NCBI GenBank assembly: GCA_963845755.1
Contig: CAWJTV010000024.1
Location: 64,001-128,000, forward strand
Direction of reading: 5' to 3'
From: an uncultured Planctomycetota bacterium
GTDB taxonomy: Bacteria; Planctomycetota; Planctomycetia; Isosphaerales; Isosphaeraceae
Length of the DNA: 64,000 nt
In this document: piece by piece, positions 20,550-30,660 of the stretch
Numbering within the stretch: the stretch's first letter is position 1
How the letters are laid out: each line of letters starts with the position of its first letter
Position numbers and translations under genes: made by a program
Notes under the pieces: model-generated
Seen by the model: only the letters and a program-made list of their open reading frames with translations
Told to the model about the DNA's origin: nothing
Databases searched by the model: none

Positions 20550-21589
20550 GAGTCTTGGTCACAGGAGCGTCGGGATTCCTGGGCCGCCATGTCGTCGCCG
20601 CCCTGTTGCGTCGCGATCATGCGGTCCGTGTCTTGATCCGGCCCACGGCCCAGATTGACGATCTCGACTGGGCGGATCGCGTCGACGTCGTCCGAGCCGA
20701 CCTGCGCCGGCCCGGTCCGCTGGCACCGGCCTTCGAGGGAGTGGATGTCCTGGTCCACCTGGCGGCCCGTGTGGGAGGCAACGAGAGTGCCCAGATGGCC
20801 GATACCGTCGTGGGTACCGAGCGGCTCCTGGAAGCCATGGCCGGCGCGTTCGACCCGCAGGCTGGTGCTGGCCAGCAGCTTCTCGGTCTACGACTGGGTG
20901 CCGTCCGCGGGATCCTGACCGAGGAATCGCCGCTGGAATCCGACCTCTACCAGCGCGACGGCTACGCCATCGCCAAGACGTGGCAGGAGCGGATCGTCCG
21001 TCGTATGAGCCAGGAGCACCGCTGGGACCTGACGGTCATCCGGCCCGGGTTCATCTGGGGCCGGGACCATGAATACCTGGCAGGACTCGGGCAGAGGCTC
21101 GGGCGGTGGCACCTGGTCTTCGGCCCCTCGACCCGGCTGCCGCTGACGCACGTCGAGAACTGCGCCGACTGCTTCGCCGAGGCGGTGGAGAACCCTCGGG
21201 CCGTCGGCCAGACGTTCAACCTGGTCGACGGCCACGACATAAGCTCCTGGCACTATCTGGGCGAGTACCTCCGGCGCAACGGGGCACGCGGGCATCGGAT
21301 CCCGGTCCCCTACGTGGCCGCGCTGTCGGGTTCGCTGCTGGCCGACGGGATCAATCGGCGGCTCTGCCGCGGCCGGGCGAGACTCCCCGGCCTCTTGATC
21401 CCCTGCCGGTTCCGGGCCCGATTCAAGCCGCTCCAATTCAGCACCCACGCGCTCCAGGAGGTCCTGGGATGGCGTCCGCCCCTGGATCTCGCGGAATGCC
21501 TCCGGCGTACCTACGACGCCAAACCGGCAGGCTGGCACCCCGAACCCATCATGCCCCCGGAACCCTACCCTGAACTCCACAATGCCTGA
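20546..21589 (+). CDS. NAD-dependent epimerase/dehydratase
   Basis: TTG start; VTGASGFLG, YAIAK and IRPGFIWG. The segment RRLVLASSFSVY is in another frame at about 20850-20895 (compensating indels). Confidence 0.85.
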   Translation: MRVLVTGASGFLGRHVVAALLRRDHAVRVLIRPTAQIDDLDWADRVDVVRADLRRPGPLAPAFEGVDVLVHLAARVGGNESAQMADTVVGTERLLEAMAGAFDPQAGAGQQLLGLRLGAVRGILTEESPLESDLYQRDGYAIAKTWQERIVRRMSQEHRWDLTVIRPGFIWGRDHEYLAGLGQRLGRWHLVFGPSTRLPLTHVENCADCFAEAVENPRAVGQTFNLVDGHDISSWHYLGEYLRRNGARGHRIPVPYVAALSGSLLADGINRRLCRGRARLPGLLIPCRFRARFKPLQFSTHALQEVLGWRPPLDLAECLRRTYDAKPAGWHPEPIMPPEPYPELHNA

Positions 21590-22859
21590 ACCGCTGACCA
21601 TCGGCTACCTGACCAGCTTCTATGCTCGCGTCGGTGACACCTACATCCGGCGCGAGGTCGAGCAGTTGCGCCGGATGGGGTACGTCGTCCACACGTTCTC
21701 TCAGCGCCGGTCCGACCCGAGCGAACTGGTCGGCGACGAGATCCGCCAGGAGCGCGCACGGACGGTGTACTTGCTGGAGGCCGGCCCGGCCAAGCTCACC
21801 CTGGCCGGGCTCAGGCTGGCGATGCGGGCGCCCGGGAAGTTCCTCAGGGCCATCCGGCAGGTGCTCCGCGCCGTCCCGTCGGGGATGGAGAAGCGGTGGA
21901 CCCGGAGGGTCGCCTACCTGCTCCAGTCCGCCTACCTGGCCGAACTCCTCGATGCGAAGGAGGTGCAGCACCTGCACAATCACATCGGTGAGAGCTCGGC
22001 CGTGCTAGCCATGCTCGCCGCGATGATCCGAGATATCCCCTACAGCCTGACGATCCACGGCCCGGGCGAGTTTGACCGGCCTGCCCTGTTTGCGCTGGGC
22101 GAGAAGATCCGGCACGCGGCCTTCGTCGTCGCGGTCAGCGAGTTCACCCGGAGCCAGCTCTACCGCTGGGCCGACTACCGCGACTGGCCCAAGATCCAGG
22201 TTGTCCGGGTGGGGACCAGCCCGACGTTCCTGGAGCACGGCCCCGTGGCGATCCCGATGGCCCCTCGCCTGGTGAACATCGGCCGGATCGTCGAGCAGAA
22301 AGGCCAGGCGATCTTGATCCAGGCGGCGGCCGCCTTGCGGGAGCGAGGCCACGACTTCGAGCTGGTGATCGTGGGCGATGGCCCGATGCGCGGCGAGATC
22401 GACCAGCTCATCGACCAGTTCGGCTTGCGGGGCCAGGTGCGGATCGCCGGCTATCTGAACGAACAAGGGGTCATGGAGGAGCTCCTGGCCGCCCGGGCCC
22501 TGGTCCTGCCCAGCTTCGCCGAGGGGCTGCCCGGCGTCTTCTTCGAGGCGATGGCGCTGGGCCGCCCGGTGATCAGCACCTGCATCGCGGGCACCTCGGA
22601 GCTGGTCGAGCCGGGCAAGAACGGCTGGTTGGTCCCGGCCGGAGCGGTCGAGCCGCTGGCCGACGCCATGGCCGAGGCCGTGACGGCCGATCCGATCGAA
22701 CTCGAACGGATGGGCCGCGCCGGCGCGGCGCGGGTCGCCGAACTGCACAATCCATCGACGGAGGTGCGTCAACTCGCCGGCTTGTTCGCGAACCCGGGCG
22801 CGACCGCGAACCGGGCGCACGGGCATGTCCCGCGATCCGACGCCGTGACCGCACGCTGA
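21582..22859 (+). CDS. GT4 glycosyltransferase (WcaL-like)
   Basis: GRIVEQKG, LPSFAEGLPGVFFEAMA and ELVEPGKNGWLVP. Confidence 0.9.
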   Translation: MPEPLTIGYLTSFYARVGDTYIRREVEQLRRMGYVVHTFSQRRSDPSELVGDEIRQERARTVYLLEAGPAKLTLAGLRLAMRAPGKFLRAIRQVLRAVPSGMEKRWTRRVAYLLQSAYLAELLDAKEVQHLHNHIGESSAVLAMLAAMIRDIPYSLTIHGPGEFDRPALFALGEKIRHAAFVVAVSEFTRSQLYRWADYRDWPKIQVVRVGTSPTFLEHGPVAIPMAPRLVNIGRIVEQKGQAILIQAAAALRERGHDFELVIVGDGPMRGEIDQLIDQFGLRGQVRIAGYLNEQGVMEELLAARALVLPSFAEGLPGVFFEAMALGRPVISTCIAGTSELVEPGKNGWLVPAGAVEPLADAMAEAVTADPIELERMGRAGAARVAELHNPSTEVRQLAGLFANPGATANRAHGHVPRSDAVTAR

Positions 22860-22919
22860 GGCCCGCGAGATGATCGATCCCCTCCCGCCACCGAGACATC
22901 GATTCGAGTGACCCAGACC

Positions 22920-23561
22920 ATGGCTCAAGCCCAATCCATCGACTCGAGTCCCCTCGGTCCGCTCCGTGTGGACGGGAAGGACCGCAGGGAGCCCCCCCCT
23001 CTAAACCCGGGGACTCGAAACCTCAATCCACCCGGGATCGGATTCCTCGCCCTTCTGCTCGAAGATTGGCGCACCTACGACCACGATCTCTTCGAACCCG
23101 GTTTCTGGACGGTCGCGCTGCACCGATTCGGCAACTGGCGTATGAGCTTCCGTTTCAAGCTGGTGCGAGCCCCACTCACCCTGATCTACGTGTTCCTGGG
23201 ACGGCTGGCCGAACTTATCGGCGGCATCCACTTGCCGTACACCGTACAACTGGGCCGCCGCGTGCGAATCTGGCACCATGGCGGGATCGTGCTCCATGCC
23301 CGGTCGATTGGCGACGACGTGCATATCCGCCACAACACCACCTTCGGCATTGCGACCCGCGACCGCGGCCGCGCCATTCCGACGATCGAGGACCGAGTGG
23401 ACATCGGCTGCGGTGCCTGCGTGCTGGGCGACGTGACGATCGGTCATGATAGCCTGATCGGAGCCAACGCCGTGGTAGTGACGGACATTCCGCCGTACTC
23501 GACGGCCGTCGGCATACCGGCCCGCGTCATCAAGCAATCCCCGCCGGATCCCCACTCATGA
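22920..23561 (+). CDS. left-handed beta-helix O-acetyltransferase (serine acetyltransferase/WcaB-like)
   Basis: Hexapeptide repeats IGDDVHIRHN, IGCGACV, IGANAVV and VGIPAR. Confidence 0.88.
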   Translation: MAQAQSIDSSPLGPLRVDGKDRREPPPLNPGTRNLNPPGIGFLALLLEDWRTYDHDLFEPGFWTVALHRFGNWRMSFRFKLVRAPLTLIYVFLGRLAELIGGIHLPYTVQLGRRVRIWHHGGIVLHARSIGDDVHIRHNTTFGIATRDRGRAIPTIEDRVDIGCGACVLGDVTIGHDSLIGANAVVVTDIPPYSTAVGIPARVIKQSPPDPHS

Positions 23562-24592
23562 ACCCACTCGGAATCGTCGCGATCGGCCGGAATGAGGGCG
23601 ATCGGCTGCGCCGTTGCCTGGACTCCGTGGTCGGACGCGGGCTGCCGGTGGTCTATGTCGATTCGGGCTCGACCGACGGCAGCGTCGACCTGGCGCGCGC
23701 CAAGGGGGCCGAGGTCGTGGAACTGGACCTGTCGCGGCCATTCACCATGGCCCGGGGCCGCAACACGGGCTTCGCTCGCCTGGAAGAAATCGAGCCGGAC
23801 GTCCGCTTCGTCCAGTTCGTCGACGGCGACTGCGAGGTCGTCGACGGCTGGCTGGAGCGGGGACTGGCGGCGATCGAGGGCCACCCCGAGATCGGCGCGG
23901 TCAGCGGCCGGCGCCGCGAGCGATTCCCCGAGCGATCGATCTACAACCGAATCGCCGATATCGAGTGGGACGCGCCGGCCGGCGAGGTCAAGTATTGTGG
24001 TGGTGATGTCCTGATCCGCACCGAAGCCTTCCGGCAGATCGGCGGGTATGATCCCACGCTGATCGCCGGCGAGGATCCGGAGCTGAGCGTGCGGCTCAGG
24101 CAGCACGGCTGGACGATCCTTCGCATCGACGCCGAGATGACCCTGCACGACATGGCGATGACCCGGTTCAGCCAGTGGTGGAAACGGGGCGTGCGCTCGG
24201 GTTTCGCTTTCGCCGAGGGGGCCGCGATGCATGGCAGGCCCCCTGAACGGCACTGGGTCCACCACGTCCGCAGCATCGTCTTCTGGGGCATCGCGCTGCC
24301 GATAACGATCATCGTCCTGGTCATGGCCTGGCTGGCCTTCGGCTGGCCGACGCGCGATGCCGGACTACTGCTGGTCCTGGCCTACCCGCTCCAGGTGCTC
24401 CGAATCGCGCGTTACTATCACAAAGTTGGGCTGCCGTGGCGCCTCGCCTGGCTGTACGGCGGGTCCTGCGTGCTGGGCCGCTTCCCCAACGCCCTCGGCG
24501 CGATGCGATACTGGTCCAGCCGGCTCCTGGGCCGGCGCCAGGGCCTCATCGAGTACAAGATCGATATCCACAGAGACCCGCAGATCACATGA
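23558..24592 (+). CDS. GT2 glycosyltransferase with C-terminal TMs
   Basis: IGRNEG, YVDSGSTDGS, FVDGD and AGEDPEL. Confidence 0.9.
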   Translation: MNPLGIVAIGRNEGDRLRRCLDSVVGRGLPVVYVDSGSTDGSVDLARAKGAEVVELDLSRPFTMARGRNTGFARLEEIEPDVRFVQFVDGDCEVVDGWLERGLAAIEGHPEIGAVSGRRRERFPERSIYNRIADIEWDAPAGEVKYCGGDVLIRTEAFRQIGGYDPTLIAGEDPELSVRLRQHGWTILRIDAEMTLHDMAMTRFSQWWKRGVRSGFAFAEGAAMHGRPPERHWVHHVRSIVFWGIALPITIIVLVMAWLAFGWPTRDAGLLLVLAYPLQVLRIARYYHKVGLPWRLAWLYGGSCVLGRFPNALGAMRYWSSRLLGRRQGLIEYKIDIHRDPQIT

Positions 24593-25539
24593 ATAAACTC
24601 TCGAATGCGGCTTGCCGACTCGCGGTCGAGCCCCCGTTCCGGCTCCTCACGAAAGCCCTGCTGAAATTGCTCCCGGTCTCGGTCCGCACGCGCGCGCTGT
24701 GGGATCTCTCGCCGCGGCCCCATTATCTCGCGGGGACGCTCTTCGCGGCCGGTCAGGCGAAAGATAAGGGCATCGGCGAGATCTCCGTGGCCGAATTCGG
24801 CGTGGCCAGCGGCCAGGGACTCCTGGCGCTTCAGCATGAGGCCGCCCTGGTCGAGCGCGAGACGGGCGTCGCCATTCGGGTCTTCGGGTTCGACGCCGGA
24901 CCGACGGGACTCCCCGACTTTTGCGGCGACCACCGCGACCTGCCCGACCTCTGGCGTCCCGGCGACTACCCGATGGACGTCCCGCGGCTGGAGGCGCGGC
25001 TGGATCCCCGGACGACCCTCGTGCTCGGCGACGTCCGCGAGACCGTCCCCTCGTTCTACGCCAAGCATGACCCTCCGCCCTTCGGCTTCGTCGCCATCGA
25101 CCTCGACCTCTATAGTTCGACGACCTCGGCACTCGAGCTCCTGTTCCACAACGATCGTCGCATGTTGATGCATACCGCGATGTACTTCGATGACATCGAA
25201 CTGTCGGGCTGTCATCGGTTCGCCGGCGAGCTGCTCGCCATCGACGAGTTCAACGCGGGGTGCCAGGACGTCAAGATCGACATCTGGCGGGGCCTGCTGC
25301 TCGGACGGCCGATGCACGAGGCATGGTGGCTGCGACGCATGTTCATGGCCCATGATCTGGCCGCGATCAGTCGGGTGACGCTGGATCGCGCCAAGAACCA
25401 TCTGATCGACCTCGGGAATTCCCTGCTGGGAGGTATCATTGAGCCGGTATTTCATCGCGGGTGGGGCCGGGTTCATCGGCAGCCACATGGCCCGAACGCT
25501 GCTCCAGAGGCCGGAAGCCCAAGTCGTCGTCTACGATAA
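24589..25539 (+). CDS. TylF/MycF-like O-methyltransferase-fold protein
   Basis: EFGVASG, FGFD..TGLP, GDVRET, IDLDLYSST and FDD. The 3' end overlaps the next gene by about 100 nt, so a tail frameshift is likely. Confidence 0.7.
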   Translation: MNKLSNAACRLAVEPPFRLLTKALLKLLPVSVRTRALWDLSPRPHYLAGTLFAAGQAKDKGIGEISVAEFGVASGQGLLALQHEAALVERETGVAIRVFGFDAGPTGLPDFCGDHRDLPDLWRPGDYPMDVPRLEARLDPRTTLVLGDVRETVPSFYAKHDPPPFGFVAIDLDLYSSTTSALELLFHNDRRMLMHTAMYFDDIELSGCHRFAGELLAIDEFNAGCQDVKIDIWRGLLLGRPMHEAWWLRRMFMAHDLAAISRVTLDRAKNHLIDLGNSLLGGIIEPVFHRGWGRVHRQPHGPNAAPEAGSPSRRLR

Positions 25540-26467
25540 TTTCAGCTCCGGCCGGGCGTGGCACCTGCCGGATGATCCCCGACTGACGGTGGTGCGGAGC
25601 GACCTGAAAGACCTGCCCGCCCTGACCAAGGCCATCGCCGGGTCGGACGCGGTCTTCCATTTCGCCTCGAACCCCGACATCGCCAAGGCCGCCACCCAGC
25701 CGGACATCGACTTCTGGGAAGGGACCTATCTGACGCAGAACCTGCTGGAGGCGATGCGGGTCGCGGGCGTCCCCCGGCTGATCTATGCCTCCGGCAGCGG
25801 GGTGTACGGCGACACCGGGGAAACGGCAGTCGCCGAGACCTACAGCCCCCTGCTGCCCATCTCGACCTACGGCGCCAGCAAGCTGGCCTGCGAGGTCCTG
25901 ATCTGCTCCTACACGCACATGTTCGACGTGCAGGGGGTCGGCTTCCGGTTCGCCAACGTGGTCGGCCCGCGCCAGACCCACGGGGTCGCTTACGATTTCA
26001 TCCGCCGGCTCCTCCGGGAACCCGCGCATCTGGAGATCCTCGGCGACGGGCAGCAGAGCAAGTCGTACATCCACGTCGCAGACGTGGTCGACGCCCTCCT
26101 GCTCTTGCACGACCGGGGCTGGAACGGCTTCGACGTCTTCAACGTGGCCACCGAGGATTACGTGACCGTCCGCCAGATCGCCGATCTGGTCGCGGGGCGA
26201 CTGGGACTATCCGGCGTGTCTTATACATTCACCGGCGGGCGACGAGGCTGGAAGGGGGACGTGCCGGTCGTCCGGTTCGACACCACCAAGCTGCGCGGCC
26301 TCGGCTGGACCAACCGGCGGACCTCGGTCGAGGCCCTGGTTCAACTCGATCGACTCCATGATCGCCGACGCCCGGGCCGGGATGTTCGACGCGAAGCCGG
26401 CCTGAACCGAACCCCCGCAACCGCCCGTCGCGGGCCGAAATCCCATTGGGAGTTGACCACTCGATGA
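25439..26467 (+). CDS. NAD-dependent epimerase/dehydratase
   Basis: GGAGG RBS and TTG start; AGGAGFIGS, YGASK, RFANVVG and GWKGDV. Probable indel near 26340; the true stop is likely 26405. Confidence 0.88.
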   Translation: MSRYFIAGGAGFIGSHMARTLLQRPEAQVVVYDNFSSGRAWHLPDDPRLTVVRSDLKDLPALTKAIAGSDAVFHFASNPDIAKAATQPDIDFWEGTYLTQNLLEAMRVAGVPRLIYASGSGVYGDTGETAVAETYSPLLPISTYGASKLACEVLICSYTHMFDVQGVGFRFANVVGPRQTHGVAYDFIRRLLREPAHLEILGDGQQSKSYIHVADVVDALLLLHDRGWNGFDVFNVATEDYVTVRQIADLVAGRLGLSGVSYTFTGGRRGWKGDVPVVRFDTTKLRGLGWTNRRTSVEALVQLDRLHDRRRPGRDVRREAGLNRTPATARRGPKSHWELTTR

Positions 26468-27783
26468 ATGTTGGAATCCTCGGAGGGGGCATCACCGGGA
26501 TCACCCTCCAGCGCTACCTGCAACATCCCAGCGAGGTGCTCGAGGCCGACCAACGCCCCGGCGGCCTCTGCCAGACCATCTTCAAGGACGGCTTCGGCTA
26601 CGACATCGGCGGCCACATCCTCTTCTCCAAGAGTGAGCAGATCAACCACCTCGTCGAGGAGCTCCTCGGCGAGAATTGCGGGTACGCCAAACGGGCCAAC
26701 CAGATCTACTTCAAGAACCGCTTCGTCAAGTATCCGTTCGAAAATGGGCTGGGCGTCCTCGATCGCGAGGACATCTACAATTGCCTCATCGGCTACCTCA
26801 AGCGGGACGAATACCCCGATCCGACCAATCTGCGGGAATGGTGCTACCGACGCTTCGGCAAGGGGCTGGCCGAGCTGTACCTCATCCCCTACAACGAAAA
26901 AATCTGGAACCTCACCACGGAGAGGATGAGCCTGGAGTGGGTCGACCGCATCCCCAGCCCGCCGCTGGAGGACATCGTCAAGTCGGCCCTCGGATACGAG
27001 ACCGAGGGATACCTGCACCAGCTCTACTTCAAGTATCCCAAGAAGGGGGGCGTCGAGGCGCTGGTGGACGCGACGCGCAAGCCGGACGGGGCCGTCTCGT
27101 GCGGCTACCGCGTCGAGAGCATCCGCCGCCAGGGGAAGGGCTGGGCGGTCGCCGGCACCGGCGGCAGCCGCCATTTCGACCGGATCGTCGTCGCTTTCCC
27201 GATCCATGACGCGATCCGCTGCTTCGAAAGGGTCCCCGACGAGGTCAAGGCGGCTGTCGCCGGATTCCGGTACAACACGATCAATATCGTGTTCATCGCC
27301 GTCAACGACGAGTCGCTCATGCAGCACAGCGCCCTCTACATCCCCGACCCCAACGTCGTCACCCACCGGTTGTGCTTCATGGGCTTCTTCAGCAAGGAGC
27401 TGGTCAGACCCGGCACCTCCTCGCTGATCGCCGAGATCACCACCAACCCCGGCGACGGGGTCCATGAGATGTCCGACGCCGCGCTCACCCAGCGAGTCGT
27501 CGAGGACCTCCACCGCGAGGGCCTCCTGGACAAGCAGAAAGTCATCGTCACCGACGTGACCCGCCGCAAGTACGGCTACCCCGTCTACGACCTGAACTAC
27601 TACAAGAATATCAAGATCGTCAACGACTACTTCGACTCGATCGGCGTCCCCCTCTGCGGACGGTTCGCCCAGTTCGAGTACATCAACTCCGACGAGTGCA
27701 TGCGACGGGCCATCGCCCTGGCCGACCGGCTCAACGCCTCGGATGACCGAGAAACCCCGGACGACCGGAGACCTCCGACGTGA
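26464..27783 (+). CDS. FAD-dependent oxidoreductase (protoporphyrinogen oxidase / UDP-galactopyranose mutase-like)
   Basis: GILGGGITG, DIGGHILF, PYNEKIW, YPKKGG and GRFAQFEY. Confidence 0.8.
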   Translation: MNVGILGGGITGITLQRYLQHPSEVLEADQRPGGLCQTIFKDGFGYDIGGHILFSKSEQINHLVEELLGENCGYAKRANQIYFKNRFVKYPFENGLGVLDREDIYNCLIGYLKRDEYPDPTNLREWCYRRFGKGLAELYLIPYNEKIWNLTTERMSLEWVDRIPSPPLEDIVKSALGYETEGYLHQLYFKYPKKGGVEALVDATRKPDGAVSCGYRVESIRRQGKGWAVAGTGGSRHFDRIVVAFPIHDAIRCFERVPDEVKAAVAGFRYNTINIVFIAVNDESLMQHSALYIPDPNVVTHRLCFMGFFSKELVRPGTSSLIAEITTNPGDGVHEMSDAALTQRVVEDLHREGLLDKQKVIVTDVTRRKYGYPVYDLNYYKNIKIVNDYFDSIGVPLCGRFAQFEYINSDECMRRAIALADRLNASDDRETPDDRRPPT

Positions 27784-28760
27784 TCATGACCCGTAGCCCC
27801 CTCCGGATCTCGCTCGGCGGCGGCGGGACCGACCTGCCGTCCTACTATCAAGAGCACAGCGGCTTCCTCATCGCCGCGGCAATTGATAAATATATATATA
27901 TTCTAATTCACAATCGGTTCGTACCGCGAATCCTCCTGAAGTATTCGCACATGGAGGAGGTGGAGCGGATCGAGGACATCAAGCACCCCTTGATACGCGA
28001 GGCGCTGCGGTTGGTGGGCTGGGACAATCTCTGGCTGGAGATCACCAGCATGGCGGACATCCCGGCGGGCACCGGCCTGGGATCCTCCGGCAGCTTCACG
28101 ACGGCCCTGCTCAAGGCGCTGCACGTGCAGAAGAAGAACCTGATCCATCCGGGCGAGCTGGCGGAGCAGGCCTGCCATATCGAGATCGACCTCCTGAAGG
28201 AGCCGGTGGGCAAGCAGGACCAGTACATCGCGGCCTACGGCGGGATCACCTGCTTCCGGTTCATGCCCAATGGGCAGGTGGAGGCATGGCCGTTGAAGAT
28301 CAGCCAGCGGACGCTCTACGACATGGAGGATCACCTCCTGCTGTTCTTCACCGGCTATACGCGGTCGGCCGGGGAGATCCTCAAGGAGCAGGACGTCAAG
28401 AGCAAGGGGAACGACGCGAGCATGGTCGCCAATTTGCACTTCGTCAAGCAGATCGGCAGGGACATCAAGGAGGCGTTGGAGCGGGACGACTTGCAACGGT
28501 TCGGCGAGCTGATGAATACGCACTGGGAGTACAAGAAGGCGCGGTCGTCGTCGATGAGCAATGACCGGATCAACCATTGGTACGAGCTGGCGATGAAGAA
28601 CGGGGCGCTGGGAGGTAAGCTGATCGGGGCCGGCGGGGGCGGCTTTCTGATGTTCCTGTGCGAGGAGCGGGCGCGGGTGCGTCAATTGATGGCCGAGGAG
28701 GGACTCGAGGAAGTCCGGTTCCGGTTCGATTTCGAAGGGACCAAGGCGGTGATCGCATGA
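27780..28760 (+). CDS. hddA: GHMP kinase, heptose-7-phosphate kinase-like (copy 2)
   Basis: SPLRISLGGGGTD, PAGTGLGSSG, GKQDQY and GGKLIGAGGGGF. Confidence 0.85.
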   Translation: MIMTRSPLRISLGGGGTDLPSYYQEHSGFLIAAAIDKYIYILIHNRFVPRILLKYSHMEEVERIEDIKHPLIREALRLVGWDNLWLEITSMADIPAGTGLGSSGSFTTALLKALHVQKKNLIHPGELAEQACHIEIDLLKEPVGKQDQYIAAYGGITCFRFMPNGQVEAWPLKISQRTLYDMEDHLLLFFTGYTRSAGEILKEQDVKSKGNDASMVANLHFVKQIGRDIKEALERDDLQRFGELMNTHWEYKKARSSSMSNDRINHWYELAMKNGALGGKLIGAGGGGFLMFLCEERARVRQLMAEEGLEEVRFRFDFEGTKAVIA

Positions 28761-29467
28761 GTCGGTTCCCGGTCGCGATCCTGGCCGGCGGTCTGGCGAC
28801 CCGGCTGGGACCGCTGACGCGCGAAACGCCCAAGTGCTTGCTGGACGTGTCGGGTCAGCCCTTCGTCCACCACCAGCTCCGGCAGCTCCACGGTCAAGGG
28901 GTCCGGAAGGTCGTCCTCTGCCTGGGCCATTTCGGCGAGAAGGTCGTGGAGGCCGTCGGTGACGGCTCGGCCTTCGGCCTGGAGGTCGCCTACTCATTCG
29001 ACGGACCGGAATTGCGCGGGACCGCCGGGGCGATCCGGCGGGCCCTCCCCCTGCTCGCGCCGGCCTTCTTCGTGCTCTATGGCGACTCCTACCTCAACTG
29101 CGACTACGCGGCCGTGCAGGACGCGTACGAGGCCGCCGGCATGCTGGCCCTGATGACGGTCTTCCGCAACGAGGGACAGTGGGACACCAGCAACGTCGAG
29201 TTCAACGGGGGACGGATCGTGGCCTACGACAAGGTCACACGCAGCCCGGCCATGCGGTTTATCGATTACGGGCTCGGGGTCTTGTGCCCTCGGGCTTTTG
29301 ACACCGTTCCCGATCGCGGTACGTGCGACCTGGCCACGGTCTACCGGGAGATGCTCCGGCGCGGAGAGCTGGCGGGATTCGAGGTGACCGAGCGGTTCTA
29401 CGAGATCGGCTCGGAGGCGGGACTCGCGGAGACGAGACACCTCCTGACCGGCTGCAACACAGTCTAA
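28757..29467 (+). CDS. sugar-phosphate nucleotidyltransferase (HddC-like)
   Basis: ILAGGLATRL..LT..TPK, GTAGA, LYGDSY and FYEIGS. Confidence 0.88.
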   Translation: MSRFPVAILAGGLATRLGPLTRETPKCLLDVSGQPFVHHQLRQLHGQGVRKVVLCLGHFGEKVVEAVGDGSAFGLEVAYSFDGPELRGTAGAIRRALPLLAPAFFVLYGDSYLNCDYAAVQDAYEAAGMLALMTVFRNEGQWDTSNVEFNGGRIVAYDKVTRSPAMRFIDYGLGVLCPRAFDTVPDRGTCDLATVYREMLRRGELAGFEVTERFYEIGSEAGLAETRHLLTGCNTV

Positions 29468-29494
29468 CCGAGGCGCGCGGCGCCGGGGGAGATC

Positions 29495-30091
29495 ATGTCA
29501 CACTCAACCCAGTTCTTATCCGAGGCCAAGCAGGTCATCGACGGCCTGGACGTCGAGGCCATCGAGCGGATGGCGACGCACCTGGAGGAGGTCCGCCGGC
29601 GCGGCGGCCGGCTCTTCATCCTGGGCGTCGGCGGCAGCGCGGCCAACGCCTCGCACGCCGTCAACGACTTCCGCAAGATCGCGGGCATCGAAGCCTATGC
29701 CCCGACCGACAACGTCTCGGAACTGACGGCGCGGACCAACGACGAGGGATGGCCCACGATCTTCGTGGAATGGCTGCGGGTCAGCCGGCTGAAGTCCGAG
29801 GACTTGATCCTGGTGCTCTCGGTGGGAGGCGGCAACCTGGAGAAGAACGTCAGCCCGAACCTGGTCACGGCGCTGAAGTTCGCCCAGGAGGTCGGCACTC
29901 CGGTGATCGGCATCGTCGGCAAGGATGGAGGCTATACTGCGAAGGTCGCGGCCGCCTGTGCGATCGTGCCGACCGTCAACCCCGATCACATCACGCCCCA
30001 CTCGGAGGCGTTTCAGGCGGTGGTCTGGCACTTGCTGGTCTCGCACCCCAAGCTGAAGGCGCGGCAGACGAAATGGGAGTCCGTCAAGTGA
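29495..30091 (+). CDS. gmhA: SIS-domain sedoheptulose-7-phosphate isomerase
   Basis: GVGGSAANASH, LTARTND and GKDGG; lies in a heptose module. Confidence 0.82.
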   Translation: MSHSTQFLSEAKQVIDGLDVEAIERMATHLEEVRRRGGRLFILGVGGSAANASHAVNDFRKIAGIEAYAPTDNVSELTARTNDEGWPTIFVEWLRVSRLKSEDLILVLSVGGGNLEKNVSPNLVTALKFAQEVGTPVIGIVGKDGGYTAKVAAACAIVPTVNPDHITPHSEAFQAVVWHLLVSHPKLKARQTKWESVK

Positions 30092-30660
30092 AGCCGGCGG
30101 TGCCCCAGGAGCGACCGAACCGCGCCGTGTTCCTCGATCGCGACGGCGTGCTGAACCGGGCCATCGTCCGGGACGGTCGGCCTTACCCTCCCCAGACCCT
30201 CGAGGCGTTCGAGATCCTCCCGGGCGTGGCCGAGGCGGCCCGACGGCTGTATGCTGCCGGGTTCCTCCTGATCGGCGCGACGAACCAGCCGGACGTTGCC
30301 CGCGGCACCCAGCGTCGCGAAGTCGTGGAAGCGATGAACGCCCGGCTCCGGTCCGAGATGCCGCTTGACGAAATCCTGGTCTGTTACGAGGATGGCGATG
30401 ACTGCCCCCGGCGCAAGCCCAACCCCGGCTTGTTGCTGGAGGCGGCCGAAACACATCGAATCGACCTGCCGGCCAGCTTCATGGTCGGCGACCGCTGGCG
30501 AGACGTGGAAGCCGGCCGGCGCGCCGGCTGCCGCACCGTGTTCCTCGATCGGGGTTATTCGGATGCCGGCCCGATCCCCCCGCCGATCACACGGCCCCCG
30601 ACCTGGCGGCCGCCGCCGACTGGATCCTTTCTCAAACCCAGAACGGAGGATGACCCATGA
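30088..30660 (+). CDS. gmhB: HAD-IIIA heptose-1,7-bisphosphate phosphatase
   Basis: GTG 30088; FLDRDGVLN, TNQPD, RKPNPG and MVGDRWRD. Probable tail indel near 30563 (alternative end AAADWIL...* at 30653). Confidence 0.85.
   Translation: MKPAVPQERPNRAVFLDRDGVLNRAIVRDGRPYPPQTLEAFEILPGVAEAARRLYAAGFLLIGATNQPDVARGTQRREVVEAMNARLRSEMPLDEILVCYEDGDDCPRRKPNPGLLLEAAETHRIDLPASFMVGDRWRDVEAGRRAGCRTVFLDRGYSDAGPIPPPITRPPTWRPPPTGSFLKPRTEDDP

Noticed and set aside
26464..27783. Specific glf or hemY assignment
   Set aside because: The motifs support only the FAD-oxidoreductase superfamily.
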